From Neocallimastix sp. 'constans' (Eukaryota), in assembly GCA_050613775.1 (NCBI GenBank), contig JBODTK010000011.1, positions 930,001 to 994,000 of the forward strand: DNA of 64,000 nucleotides. Direction: 5' to 3'. A program made the translations under genes and the position numbers. The notes under the pieces are model-generated. The model worked only from the letters and a program-made list of their open reading frames with translations, searched no databases and was not told where the DNA came from. Of the stretch, positions 1 through 11,900 are shown in pieces. Position 1 is the first letter of the stretch, and each line of letters starts with the position of its first letter.

Positions 1-2790
1 TTTGATATTGAATTTCAACACCAAGGGTACTAACAGTTAAGCACCACCTTGCTTGCCTAGCATTATTAGGTTCCTTATTTTTAAAGAAACTGATTAAAGG
101 TTTATGATCTGTTATTACTACTGTTTTATTAGGATTTCCTAATATATAAGATTTCAACTTAGTAATACAATAAATTAATGCAGCTCCTTCCAAGTCAGTA
201 ATGCCATAATTTTTCTCGGCTTTACTTAAACTTCTACTTATATAATGAACTGGATGTTCCTTTTTGGTTTCTAAATCTTCTTGGAGTAATACTCCTCCAA
301 TACCTTCATAGGAAGCATCCGTTCTAATTATAAACCTTTGATTAAAACTTGGATATTTTAAAATTGGAGCATTTATTAACTTTTCTTTTAACAGATCAAA
401 ACTTTGTTGATGTTCATTATTCCATTTATATTTAACATTCTTTCTTAATAATTTACATAAAGGAGCAGAGATTTGAGCATATTTATCAATAAAGTTTCTA
501 TAATATCCTACTGCTCCAAGAAAGATCGTAATTCATGAACATCAACAGGTGCTACCCACTCCTTGATAGCCTTAATTTTGCTATCCTGGAGACTTAAACC
601 TTTCACTGATGCCTTATGACCTAAGACTTCTACTTCAGTCTGCATAAAGGCACATTTTTCAATGTTAATTTTCAATTTGTGTTGGCGAAATACTTCCAAC
701 ACTTGCCTAATGTGGCTTATATGTTCTTCTATACTCTTAGAGTATATTAAAATATCATCTATAAAGTTAAAAACAAACTTTCCTATAAATGGGAAAAGAA
801 TCCTATTCATTTCCCTTTGAAATGTAGCTGGGGCTCCGGTTAAACCAAAAGGCATAACCTTGAATTGGTAGTTACCAAATTTTGTGGTGAAGGTGGTAAT
901 TTCTACGCTTTCCTCATCCATCAAAATTTGATGATAACCAGAGTAAAGATCCATTGTTGTAAAAATCTGTGCCCCATCTAAACTATCAAATATCTCATCA
1001 ATGTAAGGTAATGAATAAGAATCTTTAACTGTTAAATCATTAACCTTACGATAATCAATACATAATCGCCATTTACCGTTCTTCTTCGGTACTAACACTA
1101 TTGGCGATGACCATTCGGAACAAGAAGGTTCAATTAATTTCTTATTAATTAATTTAATTAATTCCTCCTTAAGTATATCCGACTTAAATTTAACTAATCT
1201 ATAGCACCTTTGCTTAACTGGTTTCGCACCAGGAATTAAATTAATCTTATGTGGAGGAAGATCAGAAGGTGTTAATTCTTCTGAAGAAGTAGCAACTATT
1301 TCTAAGTTCTCCTCCAGAATTTTAATTATTTCATCTTTATATTTTTCGTTTAAAGTATTTAGGAAAATTTCATGATGAATATATTGCTTTGGGGATAATC
1401 CTTCAATTTTCTTTAAATCATTCTTTTTGGAATCCTCATCCAAAGCCTTAATCATACACAACAACTTTTCTTCATCTTCATAATCATTATTAATAGGTGC
1501 AATAACGTCAATTACTCCCTCAGGAGTAATTTGACACAAACTATATAAAATGGGGTGGATAAACAAATTATAATCAATTTGGGTTTTTAAGTTAATTAGA
1601 ATATCGTAAAAAGGATCCTCCTTTTCTACTATTCTACAATTAACCATTAATACAAGATTATTAATCTTTACTGGCACCCGAATGATATAACCTTCCGAGT
1701 AATCATCATTCTTAGTTGCCAACCTAATTCTGCCACGACTAATATCAATAGGTTCATATTCGGACGGAAGCTTATCTAAAAATTGTTGAGTAATTATACT
1801 TAAATTACTACATGAATCAATTAAAGCCTTCCCCGAAACGCCTTCAACTGTAACATCAACCATGGCAATATCCTCTTCACATGGTTCGTTACCTTTACTT
1901 TTATAAGTGTGGTCTATGTTATTAACGACCACAGTCGTGGCTGACACATTATCCAACACCCCAGAGATATTAGATTTGTCCCTATCCAATTTAATACCCT
2001 GTGACACCTTATATCTTAATTTTGGAGCAGCATCCAATAACTGTCCAAAAGTAATATTGCAATGGGCAGAATTTAAATCTTTAAGAATATCATATTCTTC
2101 TTCCCCCGATTGCATCTTAATTTTCCTAGATACTCTAGAACTTTTATTTTCTTTTTGAGTATCTTTATCTTTACTAATTAACACCTTTTTTAAATCAATT
2201 ACTTTATTATTCTCCTTCACAATACTTTTATTATTATCATTATTTTCTTTCATTAAATTTTTATTCTTTCTTTTATCATTATTTACATTATTTATAATAA
2301 CTTCATCATTCACTAATGAATTATTATTAATATTATCATTACTATTATCATTACTATGATTATTACTATAATTAGTATTACTATTACTAGCTCTTTCATT
2401 ATCACGAACTTGTCTTTCAATCTCTTTTTCTTTTTCAATTCGTGGTTGAGCTAGAATAGATGGTTTAATTTGTTTAACAATTTTATTACTTATATTATTT
2501 TCTTTTACTTCTCGTTCTTTCTGTTTTCGTAATGCAGGAGTTATTATAGGTTTAGGATTCTCTTTCAACGACTTATGAATCCTTTTCTCTGCACTACCTT
2601 CATCATTATTAACATCATAAATTTTACGTTTAGATGCTCCTACTAAATAATCAACTTTCTTTTTATTAACCACCCTTTTATTAGCAGGAGTTTCTTCAAT
2701 ATTAGAAAGACGAGAATTTTTAATTTCTTTTTGATATTTAAGTGAAGCTGCTTTATTAAGTATGGGAGAGCTTCTTATCCCATTACTCAA
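1..2790 (-). CDS. pol: Family A Pol (protease, RT, RNase H; runs off the window), with a 1-nt frameshift near 520
   Basis: Protease LIDSCS and RT motifs (WRLCIDYR, MPFGL, FIDDILI). ORF ends SFLEQ*, but the shifted frame continues GAVGYYR...FIIRTDASYEGIGGVLLQ (RNase H). Confidence 0.9.
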
Positions 2791-3695
2791 TTTAAACGTT
2801 TATTGTTTCTAATTTCCTTCCTATTTTTCTCAACAATTGCTCTCAACTTTGGGCAATTGTTTTGATAATGACCTGGTTCTTTACAGAAATAACAAGCCTT
2901 TATTGTTAAACTTCTCATTTTTCTTGTTAATTCCTCTATGTCATTATCTTCTTTAGGTTTAATATTAACTTTTTGTTCTAATTTATTTTTAATAGGAGGA
3001 TGAAAATTAACTCTATTACTAAAAGAAGATGTATTTGCAGAAGGTGAAGGGGTAGAAGGATGTCTTCTTTGATTACTACCCATATAATTTAACCTATCTG
3101 CTTTTTCAGCAATTTTAAAGGCTTTTGACAGAGAAATGTTATCAAATAAGGTTAGACGTTTCCAGGCTTCAACATTGTTTTCAATGGAGTCTGTGTAATC
3201 TAAAACACTTATCTGACTTCTTTTCTTTTTATTTAATTTTAAATATAAAGTTTTATACTTAATATTAAAATCTTTGATTCTTTCATTTCTCTTAATTCTT
3301 AGAGCACGTAGCTCTCTTAATAAATTATTTTGATCCTCCCTAATGCCATAAAATTCTTCTATAGCTTTTACAATTCTATTAAGGGAAGGATAAGCCTTAT
3401 TCTTTTTATCAATTTCTTTATCTTCTTCATTATCATCATCCTCATCTTCATCATCATCATCATCACTATCATCATCTTTATTATTATCATCCATTAATTC
3501 TTGGATGACTTTCCTGGTTTCACCAATTGAGGTTAAAACACAGGCATAAAATATAATCTTGGAGTCTTCAACATGTTCAAGCTTTATCCAAAGCTCTAAA
3601 TCAGACTTCCAAGTTTTAACATCTAAATTTTCTTTGGATATTTTTTCAATATCCTTAAGTTCCTTTTTTAAATCTTTAAAATTAATTGTACTCAT
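2787..3695 (-). CDS. gag: Family A Gag with CCHC zinc knuckle
   Basis: ORF track 2787-3713, first ATG at 3695. Knuckle CYFCKEPGHYQNNC. Confidence 0.88.
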   Translation of the reverse strand: MSTINFKDLKKELKDIEKISKENLDVKTWKSDLELWIKLEHVEDSKIIFYACVLTSIGETRKVIQELMDDNNKDDDSDDDDDEDEDDDNEEDKEIDKKNKAYPSLNRIVKAIEEFYGIREDQNNLLRELRALRIKRNERIKDFNIKYKTLYLKLNKKKRSQISVLDYTDSIENNVEAWKRLTLFDNISLSKAFKIAEKADRLNYMGSNQRRHPSTPSPSANTSSFSNRVNFHPPIKNKLEQKVNIKPKEDNDIEELTRKMRSLTIKACYFCKEPGHYQNNCPKLRAIVEKNRKEIRNNKRLN

Positions 3696-4676
3696 TTTAA
3701 AAAAAAAACACACTTTTAAAAAAAATAAAATAAAAAAAAATTGTTTTATTAATTATTTAATTGCTATATTTTTATTTATTTATTTATTTATTTACAATTA
3801 AAATTATATATTTAAGTAATTTATATCTCTAGTGAGACGTTTCCGGCTAGTGTATATTTAATTTTGCTATATACACCCGTACTCCCCCTCCTGGACACTA
3901 GAATAAATATAAATTAATAAACTAGTTGGAGTGTTCACTATTCTTTCAAGCTAATAACCCCTTTCGTTTATCTTTACTTAAAAAAAAAATATATATACAA
4001 TTATTTACAAAAAAAATTTTTTTAAATATAGCAATAAAAATATTTAAAAACACAAAAATTAATATTATTTTTTTTTTTTTTTTTTTTTTTTTTTATTTAT
4101 TTATTTGTTATCGGTTATTATTACAATATTTACAATTACAATTACAATTACAATTATTATTAAGTTTATATAATTACAACTTAAAAAAAACAAATAAACT
4201 TAATTAAAAACAAGGTAAATTAACAAACCTAATACAACTTGAAAAACCGCTATCTATTACAACTGCCGACCACGCAGAGGGACCTTAGTATTTCGGTATA
4301 CTAAGTGAATTTGCCTGAGTCAAGTGGAGGAGCACCCAAACCGTGTTGAACGTATAATGGTGATCTATAGGGTAATTTCTGCTTCCCAACAGTATTTACC
4401 GCTATATCTAATCGGGGTTCGATTAGTTCGTAACCGGCCCCTCTCCAAACACCTGATTAAACCACTCGCAATTATAGAATTATCTATAACTGCTTAGTAC
4501 GCAGTAAACTCAGTATATAGTTTTATTTGGAGCACGCGAAGACCAAATAAAACTGATGTTAATTTTTATTACTACCACAACAACAACAATCACAACAACA
4601 ACACCAACCACAACAACAACACAAAAACCGATAACAATAAAAAAAAATTTGATGATGATGATTGTAAAAGTGTAAA

Positions 4677-4714
<38 letters not shown>

Positions 4715-4811
4715 TAATTTAATTTAATTTAATTCTATTAAATTTAATTTAAAAAAATTATTCTCATAATTCCAAAAAAAAAAATAAGTCCTAGTAGTTC
4801 CAATTTCCTTC

Positions 4812-5176
4812 TTGGTCTTCTCCTTCTTGGTCTCTTCTTCTTGGTCTTCTTCTTGGTCTTCTTCTTGGTCTTCTTCTTGGTCTTCTTCTTGGTCTTCTTC
4901 TTGGTTTTCTTCTTGGTTTTCTTCTTGGTCTTCTTCTTGGTCTTCTTCTTGGTTTTCTTCTTGGTCTTCTTTTTCTTGGTCTTCTTCCACTTGGTTTTCT
5001 TCTTGGTCTTCTTTTTCTTGGTCTTCTTCCACTTGGTCTACTTCTTGGTCTTCTTTTTCTTGGTCTTCTTCCACTTGGTCTACTTCTTGGTCTTCTTTTT
5101 CTTGGTCTTCTTCTTCTTCTTCTTCTTCTTCTTCTTCTTCTTCTTCTTCTTCTTCTTCTTCTTCTTCTTCTTCTTC

Positions 5177-5208
<32 letters not shown>

Positions 5209-5236
5209 CTTCTTCTTCTTCTTCTTCTTCTTCTTC
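4812..5236. repeat. 12-nt tandem repeat (TTCTTCTTGGTC variants) grading into (CTT)n, in the family A leader
   Basis: Directly visible; abuts the PBS. Confidence 0.95.
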
Positions 5237-5252
5237 CCCGATATCTCCACCA
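5236..5252 (-). promoter_or_regulatory. Primer-binding site of family A (TGGTGGAGATATCGGGG), tRNA-Ala- or iMet-like
   Basis: TGG-initiated motif 4 nt inside the 5' LTR end. Confidence 0.7.
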
Positions 5253-6286
5253 ATTTTGGTAGACTCGGGGTTGACACTTAGATATTTAAAATCAAGCAGG
5301 GGGGGACGGGTATTACCCTGCTTTGATTTTAAATAAAAAAAAAAATAATTCTTTATTAAAAGTTATTTATTTTTTTATTAATATAAAATTTTATTATTTA
5401 AAGTACACATATTTAATTTTTAAGAAATTGTTACAATATTTATATTTTTTTATAAATTTAAAGTATAATTAATTGTTTATAATTTAAGTAATTTTATAGA
5501 ATTATTGAATTAATTTTATATCAATAATTCATTTTTGTTTTAATTTTTATAAATATAATAATATAATATTCAAATATAATTTAATTAAAAATAATTATAA
5601 AATAAATATATAGAAAATAGTTTTTACTATTTTCTTTGATATTTTTAAGTTAAATAAATTGTTTTTAAAGATTAATATAATAAATTTAATAATCTTTAAT
5701 TATTTTAAATAATACTTGTAATTATTTTCAAAATAAAATAAAATTTTTATAATATTTAATTAATAAATTTGATAATATTTAAATAATAATTTTTATAATA
5801 AGTAAAAATTTTTAATAATAATTTTTAATAATAAATTTAATTAATAATCTTAATAATTTTATAATAATATTTAATAGTTATAATAAATAAATTTTTATAA
5901 TAATATTTAATAATTTTAATAATTTTATAATATTAATAATTTATAATAATTTTTAGAATAATATTTAATTAATAATTTTAATAATTTTATAATAATTTTT
6001 ATAATAATATTTAATTAATAGTTTTAATAGTTTAGTATCTTAAAAGTATAATTTTAATATTTACAATTGTATTTTAATATACATATATTTAATAATATAA
6101 CAATAAAGTAATTAATTAAAATTTATTTACATTATTTACAAGTTAAAATTAATTTATATTAAAATAAATTAAATTTTATTATTAAGTTTAGGTTATCAAG
6201 AATATAGGAAAGTACAATTTAGTAAAGAATTATTAATAATAAAATAAAGGTTATTAATTCATTCTTTACCAATGTAAAGCAGGAAA

Positions 6287-6358
6287 GGAGGGTTGGCGCA
6301 ACGGTAGCGCGTCCGCCTCCAGAGCGGAAGGTTGGGTGTTCGAATCACTCACTCTCCA
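6287..6358 (+). tRNA. trnW: tRNA-Trp (CCA), copy 1
   Basis: Acceptor GGAGGGT/ACTCTCC, anticodon arm TCCGC-CTCCAGA-GCGGA, T-loop GTTCGAATC, oligo-T terminator after it. Confidence 0.96.
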
Positions 6359-6466
6359 TTTTTATTTCCTTTTTTATTAAATAGAAATGTTTTTTTACCA
6401 ATAAACTATATCAAAAATAAATTCATTATTTATTTATTTTTAATTTCTTATTTATTAATTTAATTT

Positions 6467-7009
6467 TGATACGTATCTTTTATATTTAAAGATGTATCTA
6501 AATAATTTTATTTGTTTGGACGTTGTCAGAAGGGAATTATTGACAAAATAAAATATTCTAATAAATATAATAATAACACATAATGTATAAATATAAATAT
6601 ATAATTTAAATGTAAAGATTTATCTTTATTTATTTATTCTTATTTCTTTATTTATTTTTATTACATTATTCTCAATGTTTACAAAAATATAAAAATACAA
6701 GTTATATATTTATTATTATATTTCTCACTAACTATCTAATTATACACTTAATAATTAATATTTATTACTCTATAAACTATTATATTTTCTAATAATAAAC
6801 CTGTTATTTTGAAGTATCTTTATTATATATTTCCGATATTATAACAAAGAACTCCTCGTTTAATTATTAATAAATATGAATTATCAAAATATGTATCTAA
6901 CTATTTAGTCTTATTTAATTATCTACCAATCATTATTAATTTTTAATTTATTACTTTAACTAATTTCTAAAACTATTTCTAATAATGTTTTTAGTGTGGT
7001 ATCGTATTA
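6467..7009. mobile_element. Probable solo LTR L (most distal unit of the stack)
   Basis: TGATACG...CGTATTA terminal inverted repeat (CA end mutated to TA). Begins where homology to the tRNA-2 downstream flank stops. No matching TSD. Confidence 0.6.
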
Positions 7010-7701
7010 GTCGTGATATGAAATAGAAATAAAAACTCTAATTAATAATAAATTTATGTTAATTAAGAAATGTAGTAAAAGCATAAATTTATATATTAAT
7101 CTAGTTTTTATTGTATTTCTTATTAGAAATTAATTTATATATTTTTATTATTTAATTTTAACATTAATGAAAGTAAATTAATATTTATACTTTAATATAG
7201 GAAAACTTTATTGTAGTAAATAATTATAAAAGAGAAAAATATTTAGAAATAGTTTTATTTCTTTGTCCAAGAATAAGAAATAGTAGATTATAATAATTCT
7301 TGAGATCAAAATATGAAAATAAATATTAATTTTAGGAATAAATGTTAGTTTATATTTTTAATAATGATAAGCAAATGTAATTCTTCTAAATAAATAAAAT
7401 TTAAATAAAATTATTTTTATAAAACATATAAATTATATCCCCCAAATAAAGAATATAAACCTTAAAAGAGCCGAACCTGAACTTCGTACTTTATCAATTG
7501 GTAGAGATATCGGTTTCTTTTAAGGGGGGTAAGATACTATAAATTTTACCAAATTTATATTATAAAATTTTAATTAAATATATTAATTTTCATAAGTTAC
7601 CTACTAGTTTTAGTATATTTTTCCTTACTTTCTACTTGATTAAGTAGAAATTTAATTTTAATAATTCACAATTTAAATTAATTCATAGCAACAATATTAA
7701 A

Positions 7702-8400
7702 ATGGATGAACGAGAATCTATAATTCAAGATTTTGGATCTCCTAATGTTTTATTTAATATTTTGAAAAGACTAAAAATTGACGACAATGTAAATATTGCC
7801 GATTTTACTTTTGTGTATAGAAAATTGTATGATTGTCTTCCTACAGAAAATGTTAAGCAAATCACCATCAAGGACTACCTTAATTCCTTGGATATATTAA
7901 GAAATATTACGAAAATGATGGATTGGGAAAATTCAAGAATGTCCTTTAGGAAAACGCTAGAATGTATAAAAGTATTTGTACTATTCTATACAAACATTAG
8001 AAAACACAAAATAAATGATAATTATAAAAATAATCAAGATAATAAAAATAAAGAAATTAATAAATGGGATTATGTCATAGCGGAGTATGAAAAAATTAAT
8101 TCATGTGACAATCAAGTCAAATCGGTGATTCAAATTAATAATTTAAAAGACAATAATAATCAAGAAATTGAAAAAATTATTAAGTTAACAAAATTTTTAA
8201 TATACAAAGGATCAAATAAATTAAATAAAATTTTAAAAAATAAATTTTTAGAATATCATTCATTTTATAAGGCTTATGTAAATATTTCCTTCTTTATAAA
8301 TGAATGTTTCTCAAGATATCAATTAAAATTTTTATTAAAGAAAAATTATTATCAAAAAAAAAAAAAAAAAAAATTTTTTTTATTTAGTTCTTATTATTAA
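7702..8400 (+). CDS. Truncated Gag-derived ORF inside element J
   Basis: LKRLKIDDNVNIADF...ITIKDYLNSL aligns by eye with family C Gag LKALKIKRNETIKGF...ICVDDYLNAI. No knuckle, no pol. Confidence 0.6.
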   Translation: MDERESIIQDFGSPNVLFNILKRLKIDDNVNIADFTFVYRKLYDCLPTENVKQITIKDYLNSLDILRNITKMMDWENSRMSFRKTLECIKVFVLFYTNIRKHKINDNYKNNQDNKNKEINKWDYVIAEYEKINSCDNQVKSVIQINNLKDNNNQEIEKIIKLTKFLIYKGSNKLNKILKNKFLEYHSFYKAYVNISFFINECFSRYQLKFLLKKNYYQKKKKKKFFLFSSYY

Positions 8401-8925
8401 AAGAAGAATTCAAATTTTCATAATAAAAATATTATATATTCTTCTTTACAACTACGATGTAGTTGTAACTAAAGGAGGGAGATATGATATGAAATAGAAA
8501 TAAAAACACTAATTAATAATAAATTTATGTTAATTAAGAAATGTAGTAAAAGCATAAATTTATGTATTAATCTAGTTTTTATTGTATTTCTTATTAGAAA
8601 TTAATTTATATATTTTTATTATTTAATTTTAACATTAATGAAAGTAAATTAATATTTATACTTTAATATAGGAAAACTTTATTATAGTAAATAATTATAA
8701 AAGAGAAAAATATTTAGAAATAGTTTTATTTCTTTGTCCAAGAATAAGAAATAGTAGATTATAATAATTCTTGAGATCAAAATATGAAAATAAATATTAA
8801 TTTTAGGAATAAATGTTAGTTTATATTTTTAATAATGATAAGCAAATGTAATTCTTCTAAATAAATAAAATTTAAATAAAATTATTTTTATAAAACATAA
8901 ATTAAATTATATTCCCCAAATAAAA

Positions 8926-11900
8926 TGTTAAAGTTTTGTGATAATTTGGTCTTAACGATTAGATCAAGATGCCAAATTATAGTAATTAATTAATAATTTA
9001 ATTTTACTCTTTATTTACATATTGTTGTTAGTAAATTTTATAATTAAGTTTTTATTTAAAATATAAATTTTATTTAATCTTAATAATATTTTATTACATT
9101 ATTATTTTATATAATTATTACTATAATTTAAATTACAATAATCCTACAAAGGATTAGTCAAAAGATTTAAACATGTATTTATATAAAATAATTAATCATT
9201 AAAATATTAATTATTAATATGAATATGTAATAGTATTAATATAAGTTTGATATTGATAATATAAACTAAGATAATAATATAAATATTTAATATAAATAAA
9301 ATATAAGAATATAATATTTTCTAAATATTATATTTTATAATGTAGAAATTAATTTAATGACAATCACATGTCTACATTATTTAATATATATTAATTTCAA
9401 TATGTTAATAATATTTAGTAATTAGTTGGCCTAGACTATTTCCTAAATATTTTAATAATAACTATTATATTATTAATTATTAATATTGAAATTCAAATAA
9501 CTGAATTATTGAAATTGAAATTGAATTGAAATTCAGTTATTATCTTAACAATGCCCTTCCACAAAAGTCGGATTCCAGACGATTTGTGTATCATTGTTAA
9601 AAAAAATTTTAAATTTATTACAGAAAAATTTTTAATTTTTTAAAGTTATTAAGGAATTAAAAGGTCACTTGAATCCTTTGGAGAAGACATTTTAAGTGAC
9701 AATTTCATGAAATTTGAAATTTGTCAAAATTTATTAAAATTAAAATTTTATTATAAAATTCAATATTTTTAAATATGTTGGTACTGATTTTAATATATAT
9801 TCCCTTGTAAATTTTTGAAATTGAAATTTTGAAATTAAATTGAAATTAACATTTCAATTTTTACCATTAACTATGAAATTTTTGAAAATTTTAAAAATAT
9901 AATGTATAATAAATATATTAAAATATAAAATTAATATTAAATCGTTGAATATTTAATTTTTATTAAATTTTGAAATTTCGTAATGTGAAATTTTTAAATG
10001 TCGAAATTTGAAATTTTAAAATTTTTAATTTTTAATTTTCTAAATTCTGAAATTGTAATTGAAAATTTTATCAATTTAATTATTGAATATATTTTATCAA
10101 TATAACTTATTGAATATATTATAATATTCAATTTAATATATTATTAATCTTTGATAATTATGAAAGCGTCCTTATCATAATTATCACAAAATAATACTAT
10201 AAGAAAAGCGTCTTTCTCTATATAATATTAGATCAGTTCTAATAAGATATTGTTGAATTTTAAATTATAAGTACAATAAAATTATACTTTATTATTAAAT
10301 TTTAACTAGTATTAATTTAATAACTATATAAATCTTAAAATTTTAATTATAACTCTTGTAGAGAATATTATTAAATGTAAAATAAGGGAAAAGTTGATTG
10401 TTTTCAACTGTTTAATTATAATATAATTAATGTTTTTGATTTTAAAGAAAAATTGTTAATTTCAAATATTGATTCCTACTGAATTTTTGAATTGTTTTTG
10501 TATTTATTGTAATTAAATATTTAATTTTATTAAATATAACTGTTCGTTTTTTTTTTTTTTTTGTTTTTAAAAAAAAAAAAAAACAATATAACTGTAAAGA
10601 TTTGGATATTTATATAAAGAAATAGAAATTTTAGTTTGATATAATTATTTATCATAGAATATAAAAAATGTAAATTATAATTGAATATATCTTTAGTGCA
10701 TTATTAATTAAAATAGTAAGTCAATTTTTTGAACTGAATGAATTTTTTATTCCCATTACTGGTGGGGAAAAATCAGATTCATGTGAATTTGCTCTTATTC
10801 CTTTTTTAATTTGAAAAAAAAATAAATATTAATTTTTGAAAAGAAAATACTGCAACTAATAGATTTGGATTGAATTTATTATATGTATTTTTATTATATT
10901 ATTTCTTTAATTTTAATTTTGGTTTAGTTTTCATTTTATTATTTCCACTAACTTTATTAGACTTTATTTTTTCTTTTTTGTGATTGCTACCTTTAATTGT
11001 ATTTGATTCTTCGTTAGAGTCATTTTTACTGTGTCTTGTAGTTTCTTCGTAGGATTCCTTGTCAGGAAGTTCAGATTTTGTGATGAGATTTATGTCATAA
11101 TTAATTCATTATTATTTTTATTAATGTTGTTTTCATTAATATTAACTTCTTTCTGTCTTTTATTAGGAATTTCTTCTTTTAAAAATATCATAGACTTATC
11201 AACCTGTTCAAAATTAGAAATGTTCTGATTAATTTGTAATATTAATTTTTCAATTTGACATAAAGCTAACTTAGCACTTCTGAAGTCTATTGATTCGTTT
11301 AGCATTGATTTTGTTACAACGACTTTCTGAGAGTAGACGACCTGTTTTGCTTTGTTCATCTCTGATATCTTCGATTTTATTTTCTTCTTCATCTTGTGAA
11401 TAAATTCATTATATTCTTCGATAGTAACAAATTCTTCTTTTGGTAGCTTTAATATATCATTACTTGTTAATGATATATTAGGATCGGATCTAATTGTTGT
11501 GGACATCTTGAGGTAATTGATAGATTGTTGGTAGGATTATTGTTAAAGTTTTTGGGTTAGTATCCTTGTACGTAGCTAGATACAAATTACGAGCGCTATC
11601 TCTTAAACGGGATTTAATAAAGTTAATTTTGATATCTTCTGTAGCTTCTGAATTTGGATATGTTTTAAAAGTATCTTCACAAAGTTGACAGAATAGATCA
11701 GTTTCTTTAGTATCTCCAGAGAAAAATCCAGGTTCAAGAACTTGTTGTAAACGGTTTGAAAAAGCATTCCTCATAATAACATCATTGTCATCATCACGTC
11801 TAGTAGTGGTAGATACATTATCCTCTTAAGTTTGACTAGTAAAAGGAATATCATTTGTAGCAATATTTATATTTAACTTTTCATCTAAAATTTTTGTTAA

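Larger units (their letters stand above)
1..6271 (-). mobile_element. Ty3/Gypsy LTR retrotransposon, family A (3' part outside window); 5' LTR 5257-6271
   Basis: gag and pol on - strand. LTR TGGTAGAC...TTTACCA has a solo copy at 19463-20424. PBS-like TGGTGGAGATATCGG next to LTR. LTR ends 15 nt upstream of tRNA-Trp. Confidence 0.93.

Noticed and set aside
4724..5336. ORFs of 116, 174 and 146 aa (EEDQ, SSW and FFLV repeats)
   Set aside because: Stop-free translations of the 12-nt and CTT tandem repeat, not credible proteins.
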